The translations under genes and the position numbers were made by a program. The notes under the pieces are model-generated. The model made no database searches. It was given only the letters and a program-made list of their open reading frames with translations, and was not told the DNA's origin. From Bugula neritina (taxonomy: Eukaryota; Animalia; Bryozoa), in assembly GCA_964035545.1 (NCBI GenBank), contig OZ037773.1, positions 5,113,751 to 5,177,750 on the forward strand: DNA of 64,000 nt. The letters are read 5' to 3'. Positions 1 through 20,404 of this stretch are shown piece after piece. Positions within the stretch are counted from its first letter, which is position 1. The number at the start of each line of letters is the position of its first letter.

Positions 1-429
1 CTTATAAGGTAACTTATATTCTATCAAAATCATTGCACGGTATTTCTATCAGTATCACTGATTCATCAATCAGTATCTAATTAAATCCATTTTAGTATAC
101 AGCTAAGTTAAGCATTAAGATGATGTTAATTGTAATTTATAAGATTTAGCACATATGACATAGCCTTGGTATTAGCTACGCTGAGTTTCAGTCACAAACT
201 TTATATTCTAACCTGCAACCGTAATGTTTTGAAGGATAACACTAAAGCTTTGACTAAAAGCATGTAACTGCAAGGTTACGAAAACAGATGTTGGACTCTT
301 CTCTTGGCAGATAGAGTGCTAAATTAACCGACTGGAATAAATTAATAGTTCAACTTCATCATAGACATACGGCTCCGCAAACGTCAAATGAAAGCGTGTC
401 ATGACGCTCTTCATTCAAGAGTATTCTGG

Positions 430-1060
430 CTAAGACCCTTAGCCATAGCAAGAGTATCAGCAAGTTATTATGATAATCATAGTGATACTGAGTCTGATAC
501 TCATACTGATTACATTACTATTAGTATTAGTGATACTGACAGTGCTACTCATGTTTCATAGAGTGAGATGGTAGCGATACCGATAATAAGTGTAACTAAG
601 TCAGTAAGTGCGAACATTATAATCATTAACTTAGTGATACTGATTAACATTATCATTATGATTATGAATATGATACAAAGTATCACTATTACTATTAGTA
701 TTAGTTATACTTTACTATTACTAGTAGTATTACTATTAGTATTAGTATTACTAGTAGTATTACATTTAGTTATTTATTAATAATTTAATCCCATTCACTG
801 CAACTGTGACTTAAACAGTAACTATAGGAGTGCGTGCAAGCAACTCATACTATCAGTATCAGTCATACTCATACTGATATTGACGTACTCATAGTCATAC
901 ACTCATACTGATAGTGATAATGACAGTTATATACTCATAGTCATAGTGATACTGAATCTCAAACTGAATCTGATACAACTGATTTACTATTACTATTAGT
1001 ATCATTGTTAGTGAATTACTATTACTATTAGTGTTACAATAACTATAAATATAACTGAAA
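430..1060. repeat. Degenerate low-complexity tri/hexanucleotide repeat (GATACT/CATACT/TAGTAT-like)
   Basis: Visible 3/6-nt periodicity. The 568-780 ORF is an Ile/Leu-rich by-product. Confidence 0.6.
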
Positions 1061-1674
1061 ATTAAAAATTATCGTGTGATTATTTCATTGAAATAATCTA
1101 CATATATTTTGAGAAACACAGCTAGATATTCCCGAAATTACTAAGTAAACTGCACCAGCGTGAGTTATCGGTATCATTATGATTATAACCGCTTATGGCG
1201 CATACTGGAAAATGGAAAATCCAAAAACGTATGTAGAGTCTGATATTTTCCAAAAAATCTCGCGCGTTTCAGCGAGAGTAACCTAGCAAGTTAAAAACTA
1301 AGTGTGATACAAGTTTAAATGTTATTGTTACTTTTAAATATTATCACCACCATTATCATTGTGATATCAATATTTTCTTTAAATTTTATTTTTAAGTTTA
1401 TTTCTTTGATTTAAACCAACCTGCAATTAACATTATCATATATATAGAAGACATATTGAACTAAAATTACTCTAGTCATGCATTGATTCAACAATTACAA
1501 TATCAATATGAATATGAACATCAACATGAATATGAATATTAGTTAACTCATCCCGTAACTCACCTCGTAATAATTAAAACACTCTGCTAACATTACATTT
1601 ACTAGTAGTATTGCCACTAGTTCTGGTTCAAAGTTTAGTTATGAATTAAAGTTAATCTAGTGAGTAATGGCTGA

Positions 1675-1940
1675 TCAGTGATCACTATCACTATCAGTGA
1701 TGTCACACTTATAGTTATACTGATACTCATACTGATATATAAATGTAATGCTATTGATACTGATACTAACAGTCATGCTCACAGTCATACTTATGACCCC
1801 TAATACTGATACTCATAGTGATAGCCACACTATGACTATTACTATCATTATCGCTAATACTGATTGCCGTATTTAAGGTAATGGTGATTGTAGTACTCAT
1901 ATTGATAGTTATAAAAATATTTATATAGTGATATGCTCAC
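1675..1940. repeat. Second block of the same degenerate hexamer repeat
   Basis: Repeated atactg/atactc/atagtg units like those at 430-1060. Confidence 0.5.
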
Positions 1941-2306
1941 AGTTTGAATTACGACTCATGAAGTTTTTCTAATCTGAAAGCCAATTACATTTTCTCAATT
2001 GTTGTAGTTTTGTATAATTAAGTACTAAGTGTAGGTTTATGCATGTATGATAAGCTAAAACATAACTCTTTGTATCTTTCCAAAAGAGAGAACTGTGATC
2101 AATTCCTTCGAAAATAAGTATATTTTAAAGACTAACAGTAAAAGAGATATTGAGATAAAATAGCAGAATACAGAACTGCACATTAGGAATCCTACTAGCC
2201 AAGTGCCACTGAGGGTACTGAGTGTCTTGCTTATAAAGGGGGGCTTTATTCAGATTGGTTCGCTGGTTCCGGTTGTCTTGCCGACAACTCGTCACAGTGA
2301 AAGCCA

Positions 2307-2376
2307 CCATGCAGCGTGCAGCATCCCTGACCACCGCCATGCGACGTGCAGCATCCCTGACCACCGCCATGCGCAC
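2307..2376. repeat. GC-rich 30-bp tandem repeat (~2.3 copies) upstream of the membrane-protein gene
   Basis: cgtgcagcatccctgaccaccgccatgcg occurs twice at a 30-bp period. Confidence 0.8.
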
Positions 2377-2621
2377 CCTAAAGTGCTGCCATCAAAAAGA
2401 GATTAAAACCTAGGTTTCATTTGCTCCGATTTTGTCATTAGTTTTCAATTTGGTTGCAATTGCAACAGGCAATATGCTTACTTGGTTTAAAACCTTGTTG
2501 TCCTAACAATTTTATTACTGCATCAATTTAAATTTTGCATTTTAGATAGAGCCATATAGTAACTGAACCAGGAGAAGGTTCAATTTCTATGTGGTGCAAC
2601 AGCCAAATTTATATTATCAAG

Positions 2622-10055
<7,434 letters not shown>

Positions 10056-11324
10056 TTTATGGTTCATTGGATTATGCGTCGTCAGATTTGTTTTTCAAGT
10101 ACTTTTTTTAATTTTTTAATGTTGTTTTATAAGGTGAATAATTGTTATTTTTGTAATATTTGTATTTTAGTAATGCTATGCTGATCATAATTGTAATTTG
10201 TTACATAATATATTTATATTTATAAATTATAATATTGTACATTAAACTAATACAATGTAGCTCGTGTTTGATATATTTTTCTGTATATTGTCACTTTTTC
10301 AATTATCTTACATGATAATACAAAATACAATAATTTTGTACACTAAGAGTGTCTGCATGGTAAAGTTTCCCTCATCAGTTGACTCTCTTCATATACTCTT
10401 AGTCCTTTCTGATAACTATAATACTGCATAAATGATTGATTGATTGCAGACATGACAACACGTTGCGAAATTCATTGTAAATACTGGCTATAATATAAGT
10501 GGGCATAAAAAAAATAACAGAAGAAAAGTAAACTCTGATTATTTAAAATAGAAGTTCATTTTAGTATTTACAAGATGTTGCAAGAATTGCATATATCTCT
10601 GCCCCATGCCCCTCCATATTTGATGGTTTGATATCTTCCAGAGAGCATTGACTCAGAAAGTTATTGATGAAATGATCATCACCATGATCTATTTTCGATG
10701 GCAATAAGTTTTTACTGAGTTTCTGAATATTATGCAAATCAATCCGAAGTTTTGAGCAAACTTTGAACATATTTTGGATATAATGAAAGGTTAGTTATAT
10801 TATTGAAATTAAGCTCTAAAATATATCAGATAATCATTAATGCTGGTATTTATGAATTAAATAATAGATAACAAGCAGACACATTTTAATTTTACTAATC
10901 TTGAAATTCTTCTAGATACTTTATTATGCAGAGGTAGTCCTGAATGTGATTACTGAACAGAAAATAGTTTCTACATGTAGATTATTGTAGCATTAGGTAG
11001 TTGTCTGCCCTTTTCAATAAAAATTGTTCAGTTTCAAAACTGAACAGCTAAAACAAACATTTAAAACGTTTTTGATGCTGTTTTGAGTTTTTTTTGCTTC
11101 AATCGAAACTTGAATTAAAACTACTTTGTAGCAGTTGATAAAATTATAGATGTAATTTATAGCATTTTGCTGAAAAATAAAAAGATGTTTTAAATTGTTA
11201 TTTGACTTTATTATGGCCACTTTTGTTTTCTGACAAACTTAAAATATATTGTTAATTTAGGTAATGGCATAGCAACAACACAAAAAATACCATCATTTTA
11301 CTCACGTAAGTTTATTGTCATGTA

Positions 11325-11512
11325 TATCTCTGCGTGGGAAACCCCTGATGAAATAAGTTTTTTGTTAAAGCAAGCTGAAGACTTATGCACAGGAGCAATT
11401 ATAAATGGATACTCTTCTTAACATCACCAATGACCTTTGTCAGGGTTCGAACCCATGACCTTGTGGTTACTAAGCAAAATATGCTCTATAACTGTTAGAC
11501 CACGGGTGCTCC
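11325..11512 (-). mobile_element. tRNA-derived SINE copy
   Basis: Minus strand has A-box-like gtggtctaacagtt and B-box ggttcgaacc. The body is shared with 7 other copies in the window. Ends approximate. Confidence 0.65.
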
Positions 11513-11573
11513 CAACACATTTATATATAAAATAAAAAGGCTTTAGAAATATCTGGTTGATTTAAAATTAAAT

Positions 11574-14143
11574 TTATCTCTCGCAGACAAAGGAAAAGCG
11601 GGAACTACAGGGAAAGTCAAACCACTTAAATGAAGCAAACATGGCTACACAACTCCCCAAATATTGTTGCGAAGCAATCTCCCAGTTGCCATTGCTAAGT
11701 GGATCACCATTATCCCAGATCCATTCGCCATGCTCCATTTTTGCTCCAATCCAGATTGTGCCACTCCATGCTGTAAAAATCAGTTAAACTTTGCCGAGAA
11801 TGTTTGAAGCAAATATTAAACAGTTAATACACATGTGTTACATTATCTATAAGATAACCAGGGAGATTTAATTATATAGCAAGCGGTAGAGCAATCAAAG
11901 AGCTTTATATACTACATGGCCCAATGCATATCAGCTCATAACATTTAGTGGCATAATGCTGATGATATATCTTGTAATTTAGCATAATTATTGCGATTGA
12001 CATTTATAATAATATTCAGTTCTACAGCTTTAAAAGGTGAAACATTCCACTTTTAGCATATAATAAATATTTTGCGCTATTGAATTTATGTATATTATAT
12101 TTGCGTACATGTGCGAAAGAAATCAATACTGTGAAAGATTACCTAGAAACAATCTTTATTCAAACAAATATAAGCTATAAAACGTTTATTCTAATTTGTT
12201 TGCAACTTGATTATATATTATATATTAATACAGATCTCTATCTGAAGCTCTATTGTAGCATCACATCTAAATCTAGAATATAAAGTAGTTAATAAATTGT
12301 GGCTAGCACATGATGTGACAACTATGAGTCATATATTTTATGCAGTATAAAGTATATTATACTTGATATTATAATAATATACTGTATTTAATAATTTGTG
12401 GGAATAATCACTTGTATATATGTAATATTTTGGGATATTGTTTCTGAAGTATGTATTTTAATGACTTATGACTTAGATTTTAAGTCAAGTCTAAATCTTT
12501 GACTTTGGCTCAAAAAGCAAGAAAGTGTGGTTGTCATTGAATTATAAGCTATAAATGTATGGTATTTTACACCATTCTGTCTAAGAGATGAAAACACTTA
12601 CAAGGTTCTTCAGCTACCAGAGTCTGGTACCATTCAAAGACCTCTTGAGTGTCTAACATCAGAAGACTGGCTCCAATAGATGCACAGACAGCTCGAGCCT
12701 CATTGGCTGTTTTGGCTTCAGAGAAGAACTTGAGACAAGTTTGTTTTACTGGGTTTACCTTCCAACCAGGTTCACATGCTGCACCATTTGGTTCTACAAC
12801 GCAATGTAAACATTTTTAGCTTCACATGCAATGTTTTAAATTTCAGACAGTTAAGTTGTTTTCAAAGGTTATTCTTTTACGCATAATGTATTATTAGTAC
12901 TCCATTAAATGCCCCAAAACTCTTTATGCAAAGTTCTTTTGATAGGTTCCATTTATAAGTATATAAGTATTTTATTAAATGCCATATACAAATCTTTATG
13001 CAAGGAAATTATAAAAAACTTTTCCAAATTTTAAATTGCTGGTGAATTTAGTAACAATCTTAAAAAAACAAGTGATCCATGCATATGTGTTTTTTTTTAT
13101 TAAAATATGTCATCAAGTTTTCTGAATTTCCATTTATTACTTAAACTTTATAATAATTCAAAACCTCTCATTAAATATAGGCTTTTGCTAATGAAAATAT
13201 ATTATAAAAGTTTAACCAAAGTAGCAAATATACCTTAAAATAAAGCAAACACCGAGACTAAAGGCTAATTAGGAGTTATACTTCAAAAGAAGAAAACATG
13301 ATTATTCTTCATACATATTAATTAAGCAGTGCAAAGAGAATTATTGATCAGGCCTATAGTAATGCCAACATTTAAAAGAAAGTTTATGAGAAAATATTGT
13401 GGTGAACTTAAATTGTGTTGATTAAAAACTTTCAAACAAAACTCAATATCATACAGTGTTTAGAATGGAAACAATACTGAAAATCATAACCTTTTCATAT
13501 AATTAGTATACAATGTTTATGAAATCACGCAACTTTTGAAAAAATAGTATAAAGAAACTTCGGTACACCTACCCGTATCATATATTACTGTGTAATTAGA
13601 ATCAAAAGCCAAATTGCTGGCAGAGTAAGAACTGAACTCAGACCAGAAACACTCTTGAGTAGAGGTCTTGTAACCAAACGACTTGCAGGTGGTTTCACTC
13701 AAACAGTTTTGTGCACATCTAGAAACAGAACTGAGTGTGACGGAAGATGAATTTATTAAAACCCGTCCTTTATTATCTTGTTTGTAGTAGAAAGCTTCAA
13801 GAGTACCAGAAACCTGAGAAGATATAAACACAGCTATGAGAGAAATGTAACATAATTACATAAAATAATGCAATTCTAAAAACCTTTGCAACACTTGCAT
13901 TACTGATTGTAATTTTGTGTTCAAAATAGAATAGCTTTATTCCACAGATAAAAATCTTTCTCTAACGAAAAAATAACTGCACAACTCAAATTAAATGAAA
14001 ACATGACATGCACTAAACATTATTAAAACCTGTCTTTTATACGAACTTTCAAACAGACTTTAAAGCATTACACTCTGAATTACCTGAAAGTTATGGAATA
14101 TCAGAGGCCATAGTCCAAAAATGAAAATACTTGAAACTTTCAT
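11574..14143 (-). CDS. PAN/apple + C-type lectin secreted protein, copy 1 (229 aa, intact)
   Basis: Exons 14143-14084 (MKVSSIFIFGLWPLIFHNFQ), 13813-13573 (PAN core CAQNCLSETTCKSFGYKTSTQEC), 12793-12602 (CEPGW..CLKFF..ARAVC) and 11770-11574 (WIG..W.WDNG..C..WFD.PC..FVCER*). Total 690 nt in frame. Confidence 0.9.
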
Positions 14144-14829
14144 AATCTATGAATTTAAAAGCAGCTATCAAGAAATAAAGCAGTTGCACAGTTATAAGCT
14201 ATTTCAACCAACAGCATGAAACCAAAGCTATGACAACTATGTTGTATATGTTCTATGTATATAATATATATTGTATATGTTATAAACCAGCATTCAATAA
14301 GCTTCATGGAATAAAATTGACTGTTAAAAACAGTCATCTTTTATCCAAGTACTATTTTTATAAAAAACGACAATGAAGTTTCCTGAAAATAAATTTAAAT
14401 CTCACGGATGTAACTTGTGTAAACATGAGTTATAACTTGTGTCAATTTTGGTTGCTAAGTGTGTCAACATGGTTTGTTAGTTTATTACTGTACAGTACCT
14501 CTATGTTTAGCAAAGTGAGCCTTACAACTATAATATATATGTACTTAGTTTTTTTATTAAGTAATAAAAGCATACAAAGTTAATTCTATTTTTCTATAAT
14601 CAATAATTGCATTGCAGACTTTATTCTGATTTTTACTGTATATAGCGGACATGAGCTCAATTTAACAAAAAAAGGTTATATTGAACTGTCAAGTAGCTTT
14701 TGTTAGATTCTATTTTCATGTGAGGTTATAGACTGATACCCTAACATGCAGATGACAACCATGACAATTAGGTGGCTGTACGCTGATGCAACCTTGACAG
14801 TATATTCTCACTCAAGTTTATATATATAG

Positions 14830-15087
14830 TCCCTATCCTTGTGAGAAACCTCTGATAGAAAGAGATTTTGTTAGATTGTTATTGGTAATGTTAAGAATAG
14901 CATCCAGCCATGATTTCTCCTGTACCAAATCTAAATAAATGCTTATAAGCATTTATTTAGATTTGGTACAGGAGAAATCATGGCTGGATGCTCTTCTTAA
15001 CATCACCAATTGCCTTTGTCCAAGCTTGAACCCATGGCTTAGTGCTTACTAGGCAAACGCTTTAACCCTTAGACCATGTCTGCTCCC
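14830..15087 (-). mobile_element. tRNA-derived SINE copy containing a 130-bp palindrome
   Basis: Same SINE body as 58452-58646, plus an inverted duplication at 14881-15010. Confidence 0.6.
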
Positions 15088-15929
15088 TAACCTTGATAGT
15101 ATATTCCCTACTAAACACAACTTTTCATTGGTTGTGCTGTTAGAATGACATTTATCTTGCAAATCAACAAATACATTTGTTGAATTAATTAGCTATAGAA
15201 TGTTGACCGAATATAAAATTGTTTTAATAATTATTATTTAGCAGATGACTTTAGAAAGCTTATATGGACCATAGTTAAGCTATATGCTGTTTGCTCAAGC
15301 CAACTGCAGTGAACATCTCAAACAATATAATCTAATGGGTAGAAACTATTTAAAAATTGCAATATGCATTATGTTTAGCTTGTAAGTTTTAGCCATCGAA
15401 TATTGATTAACAATATCCGGCTTTCTCAAAAACTTTGTTATATCAATATTAGCTGAGCTGTCTCCAAACAAGCACATTGATTTTCACGATATCAAACTAA
15501 GTTTTTGCCTTGTTTTTTTTTAATTTAATGCAAAAAAAACCTATCTTTAAAGTCTTGCACATTAATGCAGCATTTGGCTTGAGGTAAAACAAGTTAGCGG
15601 TTAAGCGCTGTGCTAGAACACCTCCCTGATCATACTGATATCTATTTTTTAGAAATAATTGTACCAGTTTCAAACTAAGTAGTCAAAATGTTACATCTTT
15701 GAATGAAAGGTCAATGGGAGCGTATTGTTTATAATTTAAATTTACAATTTACAATTTTATTTACAATAATATAGGGAGTTGGAATATTTCAGAAACTTTA
15801 CTTCCAATATGTTTTGAGTTTTTATGGTTTATTATCATGTTATCAGCTATGAAATTTGCTAAAAATGTTGCAAATACTTTAAATTTTTACATAAAGTAAA
15901 TTAAATAAATCTCAAGATATACAATGATG

Positions 15930-16172
15930 AAGAGAGCGAACAACTCCTACGCAAAGAAATCCGATTGTACTTGCATATCGAGTTATTTATTTTATTCAAA
16001 TTTGTGACAATACAACCTCATGGTAAAATTAATTAAATTTAGACAAATATATAGAGATAAATTTGCTTGGTTGGGTTTTCCGGTTAGGGTCTGTTTCTAT
16101 TAGCTCTGTATTGGTGAGAGAGAGTACAGATGAGGACAAGAATCTAGTGTTTGTGGTAATATTTTTGATTTG
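15930..16172 (-). pseudogene. Duplicated remnant of the last exon and 3'UTR of the TSP1 gene
   Basis: Closely matches 59660-59905 (cggttagggtctgtttc..ttggtgagagagagtacagatgagga..gtgtttgtggtaat). It is the end of a 14.2-16.2 kb / 57.8-59.9 kb paralogous block. Confidence 0.7.
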
Positions 16173-16773
16173 CATGAGAATATCACTGAGAGTATCGGCA
16201 TGGTAAAGTTTCCTTAATCAGTTGATTTTATTCATACATGTTTATTTGTTTCTGATAATTATAATAGTAAATGAATGGAAAGGATAGTTGTATTATTAAA
16301 GTTAAGCTGTAAAAACTATCAGATGTTAACTTATGAATTTACTAACCCTGAAATTCTACCAGAAATCTTGTTATGCAGAGACATAGTCTTGCGTACCTGT
16401 GAATGTAATTTTTGGACAGAAAATATTTTTAGATTATTGTGACAGTATGTAGTTGTCTACCCTTTTTAATAAAAAATGAGTTAGCCTTAAAGCTGAACAG
16501 TTATCAAGTTTTTTTATTCAAAGTTTTGAATAGAATACTTTAATTAAAAATAATTAGTAGCAGTTGGCAAACTTATAGATATACCTAGTATATAAAATTC
16601 TGTTGAAAACTAAAAAAAAATTTTTTATAATATTGTTACTTTGTTTTTTTTCTATTTTTGTTTACTGGACAAACTTTAAACCTTGTTATTTTATATTCTA
16701 ATATAGCAACAACACATTAATTTATATAGAATAAAACGGTTTTAGGAAAATGTAATCAAAGCTAAAATCAAAT

Positions 16774-19396
16774 TTATCTCTCACAGACAAAGTAAGCAAA
16801 ATAATAACGGCAGGAAAAGTTATGCCATTTAAAATTAGTGTGCATGGCTACACAAATCCCATTGGAACTTGGATAAGAAATATCCCAGTTTTCACCATCA
16901 AGCGGATCACCATTCTCCCAGCTCCATTCTGCAAAATACTTTTTTGCCCCAATCCAGACCACATTCCTCCATGCTGTAAAAAACATAAAACTTTGCTGAG
17001 AATGTTTGAGGCATATATTAAACAACTAATACATATATTATGTTACATTATCTATAATATAACCAGGGAGATTTAATTACATAACAAGTAGTGGAGCTTT
17101 TGAAGAGCTTCATAGTAATGGCCAATGTATACTATGCAGGTTATATTACATTTAGTGGCATATTGCAGATATTATATCTTGCAAATTAGCATTGTTATTG
17201 CAATTGTCATTTATATTAATATATTCAGTTCTACAGTTTTAAAAGGTAAGACATTCCACTTATTGCATATAATGAATACTTTGCGCTATTGAATTTATGT
17301 ATATTATATTTGCACATGTGAAAGAAATCAATACATTGTGAAGGATTACCTAGAAACACTCTTTATTCAAACAGATATAAGCTATAAAGTTTTTATTCTA
17401 ATTTGTTTGTACCTTTATATATTATATTAATACAGATACATTATATATCTAAAGCTCTATTGTAGCATCACATCTAAATCTAGAATATAAAACAGTTTAT
17501 ATATTGTAGCACAGGAAATATTTTATACAGTATCAAGTATGTTATACTTGATTATGTTTCAACACTGTGTATTTAATAATTGGTGAGAATAGTCACTTGT
17601 ATATATTATAATATTTTGGGATGTTGTTTTATATGTATTTTGACGAGTTATGACTTAGACTTTGGCTCAAAAAGCAAAAAAGTGTAGTCGTCATTGAATT
17701 ATAAGAGCTCTATAAATGTATGGTATTTTACACCATTCTGTTTGAGAGATGAACACACTTACAAGGTTCTTCAGCTACCAGAGTCTGGTACCATTCAAAG
17801 ACCTCTTGAGTGTCTAACATCAGAAGACTGGCTCCAAAAGACTCACACACAGCTCGAGCCTCATTGGCTGTTTTGGCTTCAGAGAAGAACTTGAGACAAG
17901 TTTGTTTTACTGGGTTTACCTTCCAACCAGGTTCACATGCTGCACCATCCGGTTCTACAACGTAATGTACAACTTTTTTAGCTTCACATGCAATTTTTCA
18001 AACTTCGGACAGTAAAGTTGTTTTAAAAGGTTTCCTTCATGTATAATGTTTTATAAGCATTCTATTGAATACCCTAAAACTTTTTATGCAGATAAAAACT
18101 ATAAAAAAATTTTTCCAACTCCTAAACTGTTAGTAAATTAAATGTAACAATCTTCAAGAAACAAGTGATCCATATGTGTTTCATTTTATTAAAATATGTC
18201 ATCAAGTTTTCAGAACTTCAATTTACTACTTGAACTTTATACTAATTTAAAACCTCTCATTGAAGATAGGCTTTTGCTAATGAGAATATATTATTATAGG
18301 CCTAAATTTTCAGCGAAAGTAGCAAATTATAGATTTTAAAATAAAGCAAACACCGAGACTAAAGACTAATTAAGAGTTATACTTCAAAAGAAGAAAATAT
18401 GATTAATTTTCATACATATTAATTTATTAGCGCAGAGGAGTTTATTGATCAAGCATATTAGTGTCAAAACTTAGAGAAAAAATTATGAAATATATTGTGG
18501 TGAATTAAGTTTTTTTGATTGAAAATTTTCAAACAAAACTCAACATCATACAGTGTCTAGAATTGAAACAATACTGAAAACTATAACCTTTTTATAGATA
18601 GTATGACATTTTTTATAGATTGAGGCAATGTTTTGAAAAAATACTAAAGAAGCTTTGGTACATCTATACCTGTATCATATACTACTGTGTAGTTAGGATC
18701 CAAGGCTAGACTGCTGACAGGTTTATAAGAACTGAACTCAGACCGGAAACACTCTTGAGTAGAGTTCTTGTAACCAAACGACTTGCAATTGATTTCACTC
18801 AGACAGTTTTGTGCACATTTAGAAACGGAACTGAGTCTGACTGAAGATGAGTTGTGTAAAACCCGTCCTTTAGTATCTTGTTGGTAGAAGAAAGCATCAA
18901 GAGTACCAGAGACCTGAGCAGTATATAAACACAGCTATGAGATTAGGATATTGTAACTCTGTGAAAGAATATTATATTAAAAACGTTTGCAAAGAAATTA
19001 GGACTGAATGCTCTTTCTAACATTTGTCCGGGCTCGAACCCATGACTTTAATTGTGCTTACTAGGCAAGCACTCTAACACCCAGACCAGAACAGTGCTGC
19101 AAGCAAAATGTAATTTGACATTTTTCTTGCAGCACTAAGCCTAAAATTCCAAACTACAACCATTATTTTGGCAATGAAAAAATGGGGTTGATATAATCAC
19201 CTTCTTCCAAAACTAAGACCTTAACTGTACAAGTTTATGCCTAATTCAAATATAAGAACGTGTCATACTACAAGCAGCAAATGAATATACATTTTTCAAA
19301 ACGAAAGAATTAGGCAACCCAAGCATTACAAGTTACCTGAAAGCTGTTGAGTGCCAAAAATTGGAAAAAAGAAATGAAATTAATAAAATATTTCAT
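16774..19396 (-). CDS. PAN/apple + C-type lectin, copy 2 (intact, type-B leader)
   Basis: Exons 19396-19337 (MKYFINFISFFQFLALNSFQ), 18913-18670, 17954-17763 and 16973-16774. CTLD loop YPS, WHN. Confidence 0.9.
18995..19088 (-). mobile_element. Truncated tRNA-derived SINE in intron 1 of lectin copy 2
   Basis: gggctcgaacccatgac core on the + strand (B-box on the minus strand). Confidence 0.6.
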
Positions 19397-20404
19397 TATG
19401 TATAAATAGCTGTCAATCCAGAATGCAAAATGAGTGCACAGCTATCAGCTCTTTTCAACTAAGTGAAGGCAAAGGTGTCACCGTAGAACAAATCAGTGTT
19501 GAATGGTCTATAAACACTTTCACTGATTGCTCATATCAAATATCTTCAACTCAAGTACCATTTTTATACAGAAAGTATAACTTTAGTTCCTGAACAGAGA
19601 TCAAAGCTTCCCAATTGCAACTTGTGTCAATAGGCTACGGTTTGGTAGCCTATCTTTTTGTTTACCTAACTTCTGTTAAGTGAACCTTGAAACACTACTT
19701 GTTATATAAGTCTATTGTATTATAGTATCGGAAATGTCAGCTGTTGTGAAGTAGATATTGTGGTAATGAATGCTTCCTTGACACTTCTCTATACATTAAC
19801 AAAAAAGTTTACATGAAATAGATGATGCACAGCACACTTCACATGCATTGGTTTAAAGTTGTGTGCTCTTTAAGGGAAAAGGCAAACCCTTCAGTAGACC
19901 ACATCTGCATAGAGCACTTATATATTAACTAGAAACAACTTTTCATCTATATAATATTCTGCACAGGCTAAAGTATAATGTATATCAGACATTTTTCAAG
20001 CTTTAAATCTGTGCACACTGAAAATCAATAACCACACTCTAAGAGAAAATAAAAGGAATCAACTAATGTGTGAAATATTTATTATATGTAATTTATGCGT
20101 TTATTCAGAAAAAAATTGAGCAAGATTTATTCACAGAGATATCAATACAACTTATATAATAGTTTAACATGCAATATATTGATAAGTTAGTAGCTAATAG
20201 TGTCAGTTAAAAATATGGATGCTACTGAAGACTCATAACCGGAATTGCAAAGTTAGGTTTGTGAATTTGTTATACATCATTAAAATATTCTATTCAAAAT
20301 AATATATTACTTTGATGTTTTACTAAATACTTGTCTAATAGGTTTGATATGGTCAATAAAATGAATGTAACATAAATAACAAAAATGGAACATGTTTGAG
20401 ATTG

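Noticed and set aside
568-780. Hydrophobic 70-aa ORF resembling a membrane peptide
   Set aside because: It is a product of a low-complexity trinucleotide repeat.
2125-2406. Overlapping ORFs on both strands
   Set aside because: They arise from the GC-rich 30-bp repeat in the probable promoter/5'UTR, with no domain or splice evidence.
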